Below, piece by piece: positions 10,503-18,841 of a stretch of DNA of 64,000 nt. The notes below the pieces were generated by a model. That model ran no database searches and was not told where the DNA came from. It saw only the letters and a program-made list of their open reading frames with translations. Within the stretch, counting starts at the first letter, position 1; each line of letters begins with the position of its first letter. This stretch comes from Thermoactinomycetaceae bacterium. GTDB taxonomy: Bacteria > Bacillota > Bacilli > Thermoactinomycetales > Thermoactinomycetaceae. Where the stretch lies: contig JANWIG010000034.1 in NCBI GenBank assembly GCA_025449975.1, forward strand, positions 31,452 to 95,451, in the 5' to 3' direction. Position numbers and translations under genes: made by a program.

Positions 10503-11024
10503 TCATTGCCCAAGTTGCTCTTGCAAAGCGCGAATCTGGTCTCGAAGCCGAGCTGCCTCCTCAAACTCCTCTGCCTGCACTTTACGAGCAAGTCTTTCCT
10601 TCAAAATTTCAAGTTGACGCCGAATTTTTAACTCACCTTTGGTTCGCTCTGGAATTTTTCCGCGATGAGTAGTATGCCCATGAATTCGTCTGAGCATCGG
10701 TTCCAAATGGGAACGAAATGTATAGTAACAATCACTACAGCCAAAACGACCAAATTTACCAAATTGATTATAGGTAATTCCACAAGTAGGACAACGCAGC
10801 GTTTGTGGTTTTAAGGTCGGTCGACTTTCATGATCAGAAAAAGACGGTTCCATATTTAAAAAGCTTGATAAGAGTTTTTGAAAGGAAAATCCACTTTCCA
10901 AAGTCGGCATTTCTCCTTTTTCATGCGCACAAATTTCACACAAGTACTGTTCTGTCTTATTCCCATTCACGATTTTGGTATAGTGAATAGTCGCTGGACG
11001 CTTTCCACATTCTGGGCAGAGCAT
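10503..11024 (-). CDS. mcsA: McsB activator McsA (zinc-finger plus UVR domain)
   Basis: Repeated CxxC pairs (CPECG, CEIC, CPTCG, CSDC) and a C-terminal UvrB/C-like motif EEFEEAARLRDQIRAL. Confidence 0.92.
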   Translation of the reverse strand: MLCPECGKRPATIHYTKIVNGNKTEQYLCEICAHEKGEMPTLESGFSFQKLLSSFLNMEPSFSDHESRPTLKPQTLRCPTCGITYNQFGKFGRFGCSDCYYTFRSHLEPMLRRIHGHTTHRGKIPERTKGELKIRRQLEILKERLARKVQAEEFEEAARLRDQIRALQEQLGQ

Positions 11025-11033
11025 ATTCCCTAG

Positions 11034-11507
11034 TCACTCTCCTTTATTGGCATATAAAATCGTAACCATCATCCGCATCATTCTAGCCCTAATTTGGTCG
11101 CGGAAGGGAATCGGAACCTGTAAGGTTTCTCTTGAAATCAAGTGACGCATCAAAGTCGCTTCTCGCTCTGTCATTAGCTTGTTTTCTTCAAAACGGCTAA
11201 TGATATGCTCTGCAGCATTTTGTGATATTGAGTGACCAACTTGTTCTAACAAATTGTCATAGTTCGTTGACTGGTGAGGTTGAAGAGGAACTTTACGGAT
11301 TCGGATAAAGCCGCCTCCGCCCCGTTTACTTTCCACGATATACCCTTTTTCAATCGTAAATCGCGTACTGATTACATAATTGATCTGAGAAGGAACACAT
11401 TGAAAAATATCAGCCAATTCACTACGTTTAATTTCAACTACACCGGAATCACTCTCGCTTAGGACTCTTTTGAGATAAAGCTCAATGATGTCCGAAATGC
11501 TACTCAT
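11034..11507 (-). CDS. ctsR: Class III stress gene repressor CtsR
   Basis: MSSISDIIELYLKRVL...IKRSELADIFQCVPSQINYVISTRF is the CtsR signature. First gene of the ctsR-mcsA-mcsB-clpC operon. Confidence 0.95.
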   Translation of the reverse strand: MSSISDIIELYLKRVLSESDSGVVEIKRSELADIFQCVPSQINYVISTRFTIEKGYIVESKRGGGGFIRIRKVPLQPHQSTNYDNLLEQVGHSISQNAAEHIISRFEENKLMTEREATLMRHLISRETLQVPIPFRDQIRARMMRMMVTILYANKGE

Positions 11508-11527
11508 CGGACATTCCTCCTGCTGAC

Positions 11528-11544
11528 TTTGACTATCTTTGACT
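11528..11544 (-). promoter_or_regulatory. CtsR operator (tandem heptad repeat)
   Basis: Minus strand reads AGTCAAAGATAGTCAAA, against the consensus RGTCAAANANRGTCAAA. It lies between the promoter and the ctsR RBS. Confidence 0.85.
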
Positions 11545-11554
11545 TTCTGATTTT

Positions 11555-11583
11555 ATTATATACAAAGTGCATTTATTTGCCAA
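11555..11583 (-). promoter_or_regulatory. sigmaA-type promoter of the ctsR operon
   Basis: Minus strand: TTGGCA (11583-11578), 17 nt spacer, TATAAT (11560-11555). Confidence 0.65.
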
Positions 11584-11657
11584 GTCAATTTCTAATTATT
11601 TTCCCTCTCTGATTTACTCTTATACCTGTCCTCAGCGATCATGGAAAGTTTTTGCTG

Positions 11658-12350
11658 CTACTCCACTCGAACTTTTTTGACTCCTTTGATGCGGCGAATG
11701 GGATCGATAATCTCTGTCGCTTGCATCTTTTCTTTGATCCGAATGGTAAATGTAATATCCAGTTGTTCACCTTCTTCTTCATCACGCTCTTCAATCTTTA
11801 CTTTTCTCACACTTGCGCCTTTTTGCGCCATCACCGTCGTCAACTCCGCCAAAATCCCTGGTTCATCGACAACCGTGACCCGAATAATTCGGAGGGATTT
11901 TTTTCTCCTTAAAATCCCTTCCATCCGATTTAAAAACTCTAAACTGACCAACACAATCGCTGTAGTTAGCAAGGCGCCAAACCAAAATCCGCTACCTACT
12001 GCTAAGCCAATCGCCGCGACTACCCAGAGCGAAGCAGCGGTCGTTAAACCACTGACTGTGACTCCTTGCCGCAAAATCGTCCCTGCTCCCAAAAAGCCGA
12101 TTCCACTGACTACCTGTGCGCTGATTCGACTAGGATCAAAACGAACCTGCGATTCATTCATAAACGCTGGAAAGCCATAGATTGAGATCAGCATAATCAA
12201 CGCAGATCCTACACTTACCAATATATGTGTACGAAAACCAGCGGGAGAATTGTTTAGTTCTCTTTCCCAACCTACAACTCCTCCTAAAATAGCAGCCATT
12301 CCCAAACGCAGGGCTGTCTCTTCATACGAAAGGGTCCAAACATCTGTCAT
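11658..12350 (-). CDS. MgtC/SapB family membrane protein
   Basis: RLGMAAILGGVVGWERE...AGFRTHILV is the MgtC N-terminal signature. A soluble C-terminal domain follows. Confidence 0.8.
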   Translation of the reverse strand: MTDVWTLSYEETALRLGMAAILGGVVGWERELNNSPAGFRTHILVSVGSALIMLISIYGFPAFMNESQVRFDPSRISAQVVSGIGFLGAGTILRQGVTVSGLTTAASLWVVAAIGLAVGSGFWFGALLTTAIVLVSLEFLNRMEGILRRKKSLRIIRVTVVDEPGILAELTTVMAQKGASVRKVKIEERDEEEGEQLDITFTIRIKEKMQATEIIDPIRRIKGVKKVRVE

Positions 12351-12396
12351 TCTCCCACCCCTTAAAAATCTACAGAAATGATTTTTTAAAAACAGA

Positions 12397-13059
12397 TCAT
12401 CTTTTTATAATGTCTAATAAATCACGAAAGGATGATACAATATAATCTGCTCCTTGTAGTTCATTTTTACTGCCAAACTGCGGAAATCCCTCATATTGAC
12501 AGCCAATCACTCGTAATCCATTTGCTTTCCCTGCTTCCACATCCGAGCGACGGTCCCCGATCATAAATCCTTCCTGAATCCCATGTTTCTCTATGCATTT
12601 GCTGACCAAGGTCGCTTTACTCTCCGTCTTATATTCTCCCGCTGCATAAACATCTACAAACAAATCTTCGATTTTTTCTGATTTCAGGACGCTTCGGACA
12701 TACGAGCCAAGCCCATTGCTAGCGATGAATAGACTCCAATCCCATTCGCGTGCCTTCTGAAGCGTCTCAACCACTCCTGGATACAGAGCTCCTCTCTTCT
12801 GTTTTAATAAAGCTAACTCGATTTCGAGTGATTTCCGATTCATCAGTTCACGGATGGTCTGATCCCCTTCCGGTAATAATTGATCCCACAACTGGTTTAA
12901 AGTCATTCCCGTTACTGCTAATATTTCTTCTCTCGTCGGAATACTACGATGATATTTCCCTTGTTGTTTCAGCCAGACAAAGGCTTCTTGAAAGGCAGGT
13001 ACGGCAACTTTTTCTGTTTGAAAAAGTGTTCCATCCAAATCGAAAATTAATGCTTTCAT
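12397..13059 (-). CDS. HAD-superfamily hydrolase (phosphatase-like)
   Basis: Motif I FDLDGTL and motif IV GDRRSDVEAGKANG. Confidence 0.8.
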   Translation of the reverse strand: MKALIFDLDGTLFQTEKVAVPAFQEAFVWLKQQGKYHRSIPTREEILAVTGMTLNQLWDQLLPEGDQTIRELMNRKSLEIELALLKQKRGALYPGVVETLQKAREWDWSLFIASNGLGSYVRSVLKSEKIEDLFVDVYAAGEYKTESKATLVSKCIEKHGIQEGFMIGDRRSDVEAGKANGLRVIGCQYEGFPQFGSKNELQGADYIVSSFRDLLDIIKR

Positions 13060-13240
13060 ATTAATGTTCCTCTTTCTACTGATATACTAATGATAAGTAG
13101 TCTTTTGTTTTGTTTCTATATTTTATCAGAAATAAATATACAAAAGAGAAAAACAAAAATTTATTTAACTTCCAATCAATCTCTAATTCTTACGATCACT
13201 TTTTCATAAACATGCAAAATAAAAAAAGGAGAATCTTTTT

Positions 13241-14089
13241 ATGTCTTATAAACAGATTAAAGCACTGATTCTTATTTTACCTACTGTCACGATTGGTCTA
13301 TGGGAGTACATTCGTCATGCCTTTTTACTTCCTTATATCTCCATGGATTTAGGAAATTGGCTCTCTCCGGTGATCGTCTTGTTTGTGACGCTCACTGTTG
13401 TTCGAAGATTATTTCTCACTTACGAACATCTCCAAGAAGAACTTGAAAAGGAAAAAGCAGAAAAAACCATTTTTCAAGAAAGAGAGAGAATCGCTCGCGA
13501 ACTTCACGATGGCATTGCCCAATCGCTTTTTCTTTATTCTGTGCAAATTAACCAGATGAAAAAACAGTATCCTTCTTTTGATTGGAGTAAATTAGAAAAA
13601 AGTCTGCGTCAAATGCACGATTATGTTCGACATGCGATCACCAATTTAAAAAATCCACCTGTTATCGATCAAAATCCTTGGAAATCGCAACTTACGAACT
13701 GGCTCGAACAGTATCAATTGGATACGGGACTCATCGTGAAAACAAATTTTTCCTATCCAGCTGAGCAACTAAATCCCAAGGAAAAAGTGGAGCTATTCGC
13801 TTGTACACAGGAAGCTTTAACCAATATTCGAAAACATGCCAAGGCCAAACACATTGAATTATCCTTGATCCCATGGGAAAATGGTTGGAAGTTAGAAATT
13901 ATAGACGATGGGATTGGTTTTAAGTCTGACCCACTTGATAACCCGAACCATTTTGGGCTAAAGATCATGAAAGAGCGAGCCAAAGAAATCGGTGCCACTT
14001 TTTCCTTTTATCGTCAAGGAAACCAAACGATTCTAGTCATTGCAAAGGGGGATAAAAAAAATGGAAACCTATCGGATCGTGATCGGTGA
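13241..14089 (+). CDS. Sensor histidine kinase, HisKA_3 (NarL-partner) type, probably intramembrane-sensing
   Basis: Two N-terminal TM helices with almost no external loop. H-box RIARELHDGIAQSL and HATPase_c motifs (NIRKHA, DDGIGF). Confidence 0.85.
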   Translation: MSYKQIKALILILPTVTIGLWEYIRHAFLLPYISMDLGNWLSPVIVLFVTLTVVRRLFLTYEHLQEELEKEKAEKTIFQERERIARELHDGIAQSLFLYSVQINQMKKQYPSFDWSKLEKSLRQMHDYVRHAITNLKNPPVIDQNPWKSQLTNWLEQYQLDTGLIVKTNFSYPAEQLNPKEKVELFACTQEALTNIRKHAKAKHIELSLIPWENGWKLEIIDDGIGFKSDPLDNPNHFGLKIMKERAKEIGATFSFYRQGNQTILVIAKGDKKNGNLSDRDR

Positions 14090-14720
14090 CGATCATGCAC
14101 ACGCCCGACAAGCAATGCGATTGATTTTAGAAAGTGATCCAGCTTTTGAAATCGTTGCGGAAGCAGAAAATGGCCTCGATGTGATTAAGCTGACGGAACA
14201 ATATATGCCAGATATGATTTTAATGGACATCAATATGCCAAAAATGAATGGTTTGGAGGCTACACGAATTATTAAATCACGCTTTCCATATGTAAAAATC
14301 ATTATGGTTACTGTCTCTGACGATGTATCTGACCTTTTTGAAGCGATTAAAAAAGGGGCCCAAGGATATTTGCTCAAAAACCTAAATCCTTCGATCTGGC
14401 TTGAGTACTTACACTCTCTTGCCCGTGATGATGCGGAAATGCCCAAAGAAGTCGCTCGGCGGATCCTAAATGAATTAAGTCCACCAAGCCAACCGATTGA
14501 AGACAGTGTTCTAACGGCGAGGGAACAAGAAATCCTCACACGAGTAGCGCAAGGGCTGAGTAATAAATCGATTGCTCAGGAATTATATATATCTGAGTAT
14601 ACGGTAAAAAACCATCTAAAAAATATCATGCAAAAATTGCATCTAAATAATCGCGTGCAATTAACGCGTTATGCCTATGAACATGGTTGGGTGCAACCGG
14701 ATCATTCAAAACAAAAATAG
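14061..14720 (+). CDS. LuxR/NarL-family response regulator
   Basis: Receiver domain (GDDH...DMILMDINMP) plus a C-terminal GerE/LuxR HTH (LTAREQEILTRVAQGLSNKSIAQELYISEYTVKNHLKNI). ATG at 14061 after AAGGGGG overlaps the kinase gene end. Confidence 0.9.
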   Translation: METYRIVIGDDHAHARQAMRLILESDPAFEIVAEAENGLDVIKLTEQYMPDMILMDINMPKMNGLEATRIIKSRFPYVKIIMVTVSDDVSDLFEAIKKGAQGYLLKNLNPSIWLEYLHSLARDDAEMPKEVARRILNELSPPSQPIEDSVLTAREQEILTRVAQGLSNKSIAQELYISEYTVKNHLKNIMQKLHLNNRVQLTRYAYEHGWVQPDHSKQK

Positions 14721-14792
14721 CTCAAACGAGGCATTGAGCAAATCGCCTGCCGTTTATATCATGAGTGAAGATAAAAAAAGGAGCAAATTCAG

Positions 14793-15233
14793 ATGAATAA
14801 ACTTACTTCAAGATTGATTACGATTCTCGCCCTTCTTACGATTGTCTTGCTTACTGCTTGTAATAATCAAACAGAAACCAACAACCAACAGCAACCATTA
14901 AGCCCTGATATGCTGCAATTTGGAAATTCACTTACGCTTGATTTCCAAGCTACTCCTGCCACAGTAGAGGCAGGAGAACCGGTTCAATTAAAGGTAAACA
15001 TCAAGCGCCAAAACGAACCAGCTACCGATGCAACGGTACAATTTGAGGTTTGGGAGAAAAGCAGCAAAGAAAAACATCAAATACTAGATGCCAAACACGA
15101 TGGACAAGGGGTCTATTCAACGAGTCAATCCTTTTCCCAAGAAGGGGAATATCTGGTTGTCGTACATGTAACTGCTCCCGGTGTTCACCAAATGGTGGAT
15201 GGCAAATTTCAAGTTGGACAAGGACAAAAATAG
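14793..15233 (+). CDS. Lipoprotein, YtkA/FixH-like
   Basis: Signal peptide with lipobox LTAC. The C-terminal beta domain resembles YtkA-like proteins (by eye, weak). Confidence 0.55.
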   Translation: MNKLTSRLITILALLTIVLLTACNNQTETNNQQQPLSPDMLQFGNSLTLDFQATPATVEAGEPVQLKVNIKRQNEPATDATVQFEVWEKSSKEKHQILDAKHDGQGVYSTSQSFSQEGEYLVVVHVTAPGVHQMVDGKFQVGQGQK

Positions 15234-15243
15234 TCTAATGAAG

Positions 15244-15291
15244 AAAAACACCTTCAAAAATCGAAGTTCGATTCAATGAAGGTGTTTTTTT
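15244..15291. terminator. Bidirectional rho-independent terminator
   Basis: AAAAACACCTTCA ... TGAAGGTGTTTTTTT, with A-run and T-run flanks, between the convergent lipoprotein and M50 genes. Confidence 0.8.
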
Positions 15292-15292
15292 G

Positions 15293-16522
15293 TCAACTGG
15301 TTGTTCTCTGAATTTGCTCGATATAGGGATAAGTCAAGACCATCATATATACCAATAAGGCGATCAACCCTACATAAGCAAACGTATATTGCAAACGCTT
15401 TTTCAAAGGAACTTTATAATATCTTTTTTCTTTCTCAATCACTTCTTCTTTGTCGATAAAAAATTGAATTTCGATATGCAGAAAAACCTGATCCGGATGC
15501 TGTAAATAAGTCTGGGTTTTTACCAGTTCGACCTTCTCAATTTGTCCTTCAAAACCTTTTAGCTGTTTAATCACCCCTACACCGGGGTACTCCACCTCTG
15601 CGATGCTCTCTCTTGTCACTAAATCACTATATTGTCGAAAAGCCAACAGGCGACGATGCTCTTCACCAGGAATCCAGACTCCATTTTGTAAGAATAATTC
15701 CTTTGGAACCTGGATCACATCCTTCATTTTAGTTGGCTTAATCCCTCTCCTCCTTTTGCGGAAACCAGCCCAAAGATCAAATACAAACAGTAAGTAGATA
15801 AATAGTAGGAGGAAACTTTTCAAATAGATCACGAGGATCAGACCGAGAACCAAGCCGACTACCCAAATCCAACGAGTAATCGCCACAACAATCCTACCTC
15901 CATCCATTGGATGAATAGGAAGAAGGTTAAATAGGTTGAGAAAAAAACCAAGCATGGCGACAGCGTAAAAGACATCATAGCCCGTCCATACACCTAATCC
16001 ATAGCATAGAAGCGCACCAATCGTTCCAATCAGCGGTCCTCCATAGGCAATGTAGGCTTCTGTCAAAGCGTCCTGCGGCTGACGCTTCAACATAATCAAG
16101 GCTCCTAAAAAAGGAATAAACGCCGGCGCTGTCACGGGTAATCCTTTTCGTTTTGCCGCCCATACATGCCCCATTTCATGAACCAACATCAGAATGACCA
16201 AGCCAAACGCTAGTTCAAAGGGATAAAGCAAAGCATACGCCCATACCGAAACCGCCAATGAAATCAACGTTCCACCAAATTTTCCTAGCTTCAGTAAGGG
16301 AAGCAATGATTTTAATTTACCGCCAAGACTAAGAAAAATCGCACCGAAGCCCAAGAGCCACGAAAGAATTTTCCCTCGTGGTTTTTTTGGTTTATTTTCA
16401 GCCAAAAAAGACGCTCCTTTCGAAGTTACATTCCAAGTCACGCTGCCGGCAAAACCTATTATTATTATGACAAAAAAATCAACATTTTTGTATAAGAAAT
16501 CCCTCGTCATAAAAGAGGACAC
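15293..16522 (-). CDS. M50 (site-2 protease family) membrane metalloprotease with a C-terminal extension
   Basis: HEMGHVWAAKRKG (HExxH) and NLLPIHPMDGG (NxxPxxxxDG) motifs in a polytopic core. A soluble region of about 125 aa and a terminal TM helix follow. Start is uncertain (GTG 16522 or ATG 16510, both with poor RBS). Confidence 0.8.
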   Translation of the reverse strand: MSSFMTRDFLYKNVDFFVIIIIGFAGSVTWNVTSKGASFLAENKPKKPRGKILSWLLGFGAIFLSLGGKLKSLLPLLKLGKFGGTLISLAVSVWAYALLYPFELAFGLVILMLVHEMGHVWAAKRKGLPVTAPAFIPFLGALIMLKRQPQDALTEAYIAYGGPLIGTIGALLCYGLGVWTGYDVFYAVAMLGFFLNLFNLLPIHPMDGGRIVVAITRWIWVVGLVLGLILVIYLKSFLLLFIYLLFVFDLWAGFRKRRRGIKPTKMKDVIQVPKELFLQNGVWIPGEEHRRLLAFRQYSDLVTRESIAEVEYPGVGVIKQLKGFEGQIEKVELVKTQTYLQHPDQVFLHIEIQFFIDKEEVIEKEKRYYKVPLKKRLQYTFAYVGLIALLVYMMVLTYPYIEQIQRTTS

Positions 16523-16646
16523 TCTACTAAAGAACTAGAAAGTTTGTTCTTAAGTAGAGAGCCCCCTCCTCTTGTAGAAAGTGATCTTTTCCCTATTTTA
16601 GTTCCTTGCACAGATTATTTCTCAATAGGAAATCCGTCACCTAGAC

Positions 16647-16844
16647 CTAGTTGTTTTGAATCGACTTGGTCATTTCTTTCTCTTCATCGAGCTCAAGTTG
16701 AATCGGAGGTAACTGAACCTTTTCTGGCTCCATTTGAAGTGGTGTACTTTTCACCAAAATGTTCGCCTTGCTTTGTCCAGCAAGCCACACTCCCACCAAA
16801 CAGATCATCCCCAGTAATAAAAAAAAGGATCTTTTTCTACTCAT
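16647..16844 (-). CDS. Small pre-protein with a Sec-type signal peptide (candidate secreted peptide)
   Basis: MSRKRSFFLLLGMICLVGVWLAGQSKA / NILVK...: basic n-region, hydrophobic core, SKA cleavage-like site, acidic tail of about 38 aa. AAGGGG sits 6 nt before the ATG at 16844, which is 15 nt after the upstream stop. Confidence 0.5.
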   Translation of the reverse strand: MSRKRSFFLLLGMICLVGVWLAGQSKANILVKSTPLQMEPEKVQLPPIQLELDEEKEMTKSIQNN

Positions 16845-16859
16845 AAACATCCCCTTGAC

Positions 16860-18815
16860 CTATAATGTTTCTGCTTTCTTCAGTCCCTCCTGAAACATTT
16901 TATTATTTGGATCTAGGAAAGTAATCTTACGAAAGACAGAAATGGCATCGGGTTTCTTCTTCAATGCTAGATATGTAAGTCCTAGTTGATAAAGATAATC
17001 GGTATTTTGTGAATCCAGACGAACGGCAGTAAGCGCCGCTTCGTTGGCCAATTCTGTTTCATTTAGGTAATAAAGGGCTTGTGACTGATAATGCCACGCT
17101 TCGGGTAACTTCTGGTTTTGCTTCGTTACTCCCTCCAAGACCTCTCTCGCCTTGATCGCCCAATGATCGAGCAATTCCTGTTTGTCTTCCCCTTTGGTTG
17201 TTTGATCTTTGGCAATTTCCTCTCTTTTCATTAAATAAAGTGCCCCCAATGTAATCTGAAAGTGAGGCTCTCCTTGATCATACTTAACTGCCATCCGTGC
17301 ATAATCGATGCCATCATCCAGCCGATCCAGGTGAGTCAAAAAAACAGCCAAATCATGATAATAGAGGGCTTGATCTTGATGCATATAAATTGCATAAGTT
17401 AAAATATTTACAGCTTTGGTATATTGCTTTAATGCAGCATAGATTTTTGCTTGATGATATAGATAACGAGGATCCTTATTATCAAGTTCCACTGCTTTTT
17501 CACTTGCTTTCTGCGCGGTCGCATAATCTTTTGCATAATATGCATGAACAGCTAGTGCATCAAAAATCCCTGCGTCTTGCGGGAACTTTTTACTTGCAGC
17601 CGTTAAGGTGAGCATACCCGATTTGTAATCTTTTGCTTCACCGTATAGATTGGCCAAATGAAGATAGTATTCTGCTTGATCCAAATCAGCGCTAAGCGCC
17701 TTTCTAGCCAAAATCGTTGATCCTTTTAGATCTTTTCGTTCCCAAGCTTTGACCGATTCTTGATACCAAGCAGCAGCTTGCTCTTTGTCATGCGAAATAT
17801 CAGAGTAGACAATGTTTTCCAAAGAATGGTCTGCCACTGTGACCGAATGTATTTTGATAATCGAAAAAATAAATGCAACTACGCACAAACTACTTACCAA
17901 AAGAAAAATCAACGGCTTGGGAATCGACTTTTTTGGCTTTTTCAACTTTTTTCGAACTACTTTTTTCTTACTTGGTGTGATTTTGTCAGACCATGTTTTC
18001 TTTTTCGTTTTTTGTACAATGTGCAAAGGCTGGATGAGATCAGATGAAATAAATGGACCAGAAGAATTTAGAGCAAAAATCGGTTTTTCATCCGCATATT
18101 CATAGGCTACTTTCCATAGCTCATGAATCCTCGGTCTTTTCAAACGGTTTGTCGCTTGTGTTCTTCCAAAGATCATTTTCAAATTGGGTGGAAGATCTTT
18201 TTCGATCTTCTGTAAAACCTGGGGATCATCCCAACGATTGAGTTCATACTTGTTCGATAACATCATATAAAAGAGCTGTCCCGCTTGGCGGACATCTTCG
18301 CGCTCATCATGTCCTTTTCGCGCATCTTCTGTGGCATGATGCGGGAGTAATCCATTCGGGCCACCATATAAAAATTTTACTTTTCCTTGGGGTGTAATAA
18401 TAATGTTATGGGAATCAACCAAGGCAAACTCACCTTGATCATAACATTTCATCAAATGACTGGTCACCATTTTCATAATATGAGCTGCTTCTCCTATTTT
18501 AAGAGGCGCAGCTTCGAGGAGATACATTTCCAACAGATGTCCTTCAATCTTCTCATACAGTTGATAGACTACTCCATCTTGGATGAAAACGTTAGCAATC
18601 GGATAAAAAATTTCTTCATTGCGGGACATTAGACTTTCTTTGATCTCCTCGTTGGAGTTATGTTGTAGCTTTACGGCATGAACCAAGCGTATGGAAGGAG
18701 ACATGGAAAAGTCTGCGGGATTTTTAACCAAATAAAATACACCATAGATAAAGGGAAAAACTTGTACTACCTTATATTTCTCACAGATCACGTCACCTTT
18801 CCTCTTAATCTCCAC
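16860..18815 (-). CDS. Membrane protein: N-terminal kinase-like (predicted pseudokinase) domain, one TM helix, C-terminal multi-TPR domain
   Basis: Kinase-fold landmarks are degenerate (FALVDSHNII in place of HRDxKPxN, KFLYGG in place of DFG). Lys-rich juxtamembrane stretch, TM helix LIFLLVSSLCVVAFIFSII, then about 8 TPR-like repeats. Confidence 0.7.
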   Translation of the reverse strand: MEIKRKGDVICEKYKVVQVFPFIYGVFYLVKNPADFSMSPSIRLVHAVKLQHNSNEEIKESLMSRNEEIFYPIANVFIQDGVVYQLYEKIEGHLLEMYLLEAAPLKIGEAAHIMKMVTSHLMKCYDQGEFALVDSHNIIITPQGKVKFLYGGPNGLLPHHATEDARKGHDEREDVRQAGQLFYMMLSNKYELNRWDDPQVLQKIEKDLPPNLKMIFGRTQATNRLKRPRIHELWKVAYEYADEKPIFALNSSGPFISSDLIQPLHIVQKTKKKTWSDKITPSKKKVVRKKLKKPKKSIPKPLIFLLVSSLCVVAFIFSIIKIHSVTVADHSLENIVYSDISHDKEQAAAWYQESVKAWERKDLKGSTILARKALSADLDQAEYYLHLANLYGEAKDYKSGMLTLTAASKKFPQDAGIFDALAVHAYYAKDYATAQKASEKAVELDNKDPRYLYHQAKIYAALKQYTKAVNILTYAIYMHQDQALYYHDLAVFLTHLDRLDDGIDYARMAVKYDQGEPHFQITLGALYLMKREEIAKDQTTKGEDKQELLDHWAIKAREVLEGVTKQNQKLPEAWHYQSQALYYLNETELANEAALTAVRLDSQNTDYLYQLGLTYLALKKKPDAISVFRKITFLDPNNKMFQEGLKKAETL

Positions 18816-18841
18816 CTTCCACCCTCCCTTTCTTCCTACCG

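Noticed and set aside
11641-12180. Long plus-strand ORF (179 aa) inside the MgtC-like gene. Similar antisense ORFs occur at 8268-8738, 40337-40747, 53353-53760, 47490-47828, 46292-46633 and elsewhere.
   Set aside because: These are shadow ORFs opposite well-supported genes. They have low-complexity or odd composition, no RBS, and no recognisable domains.
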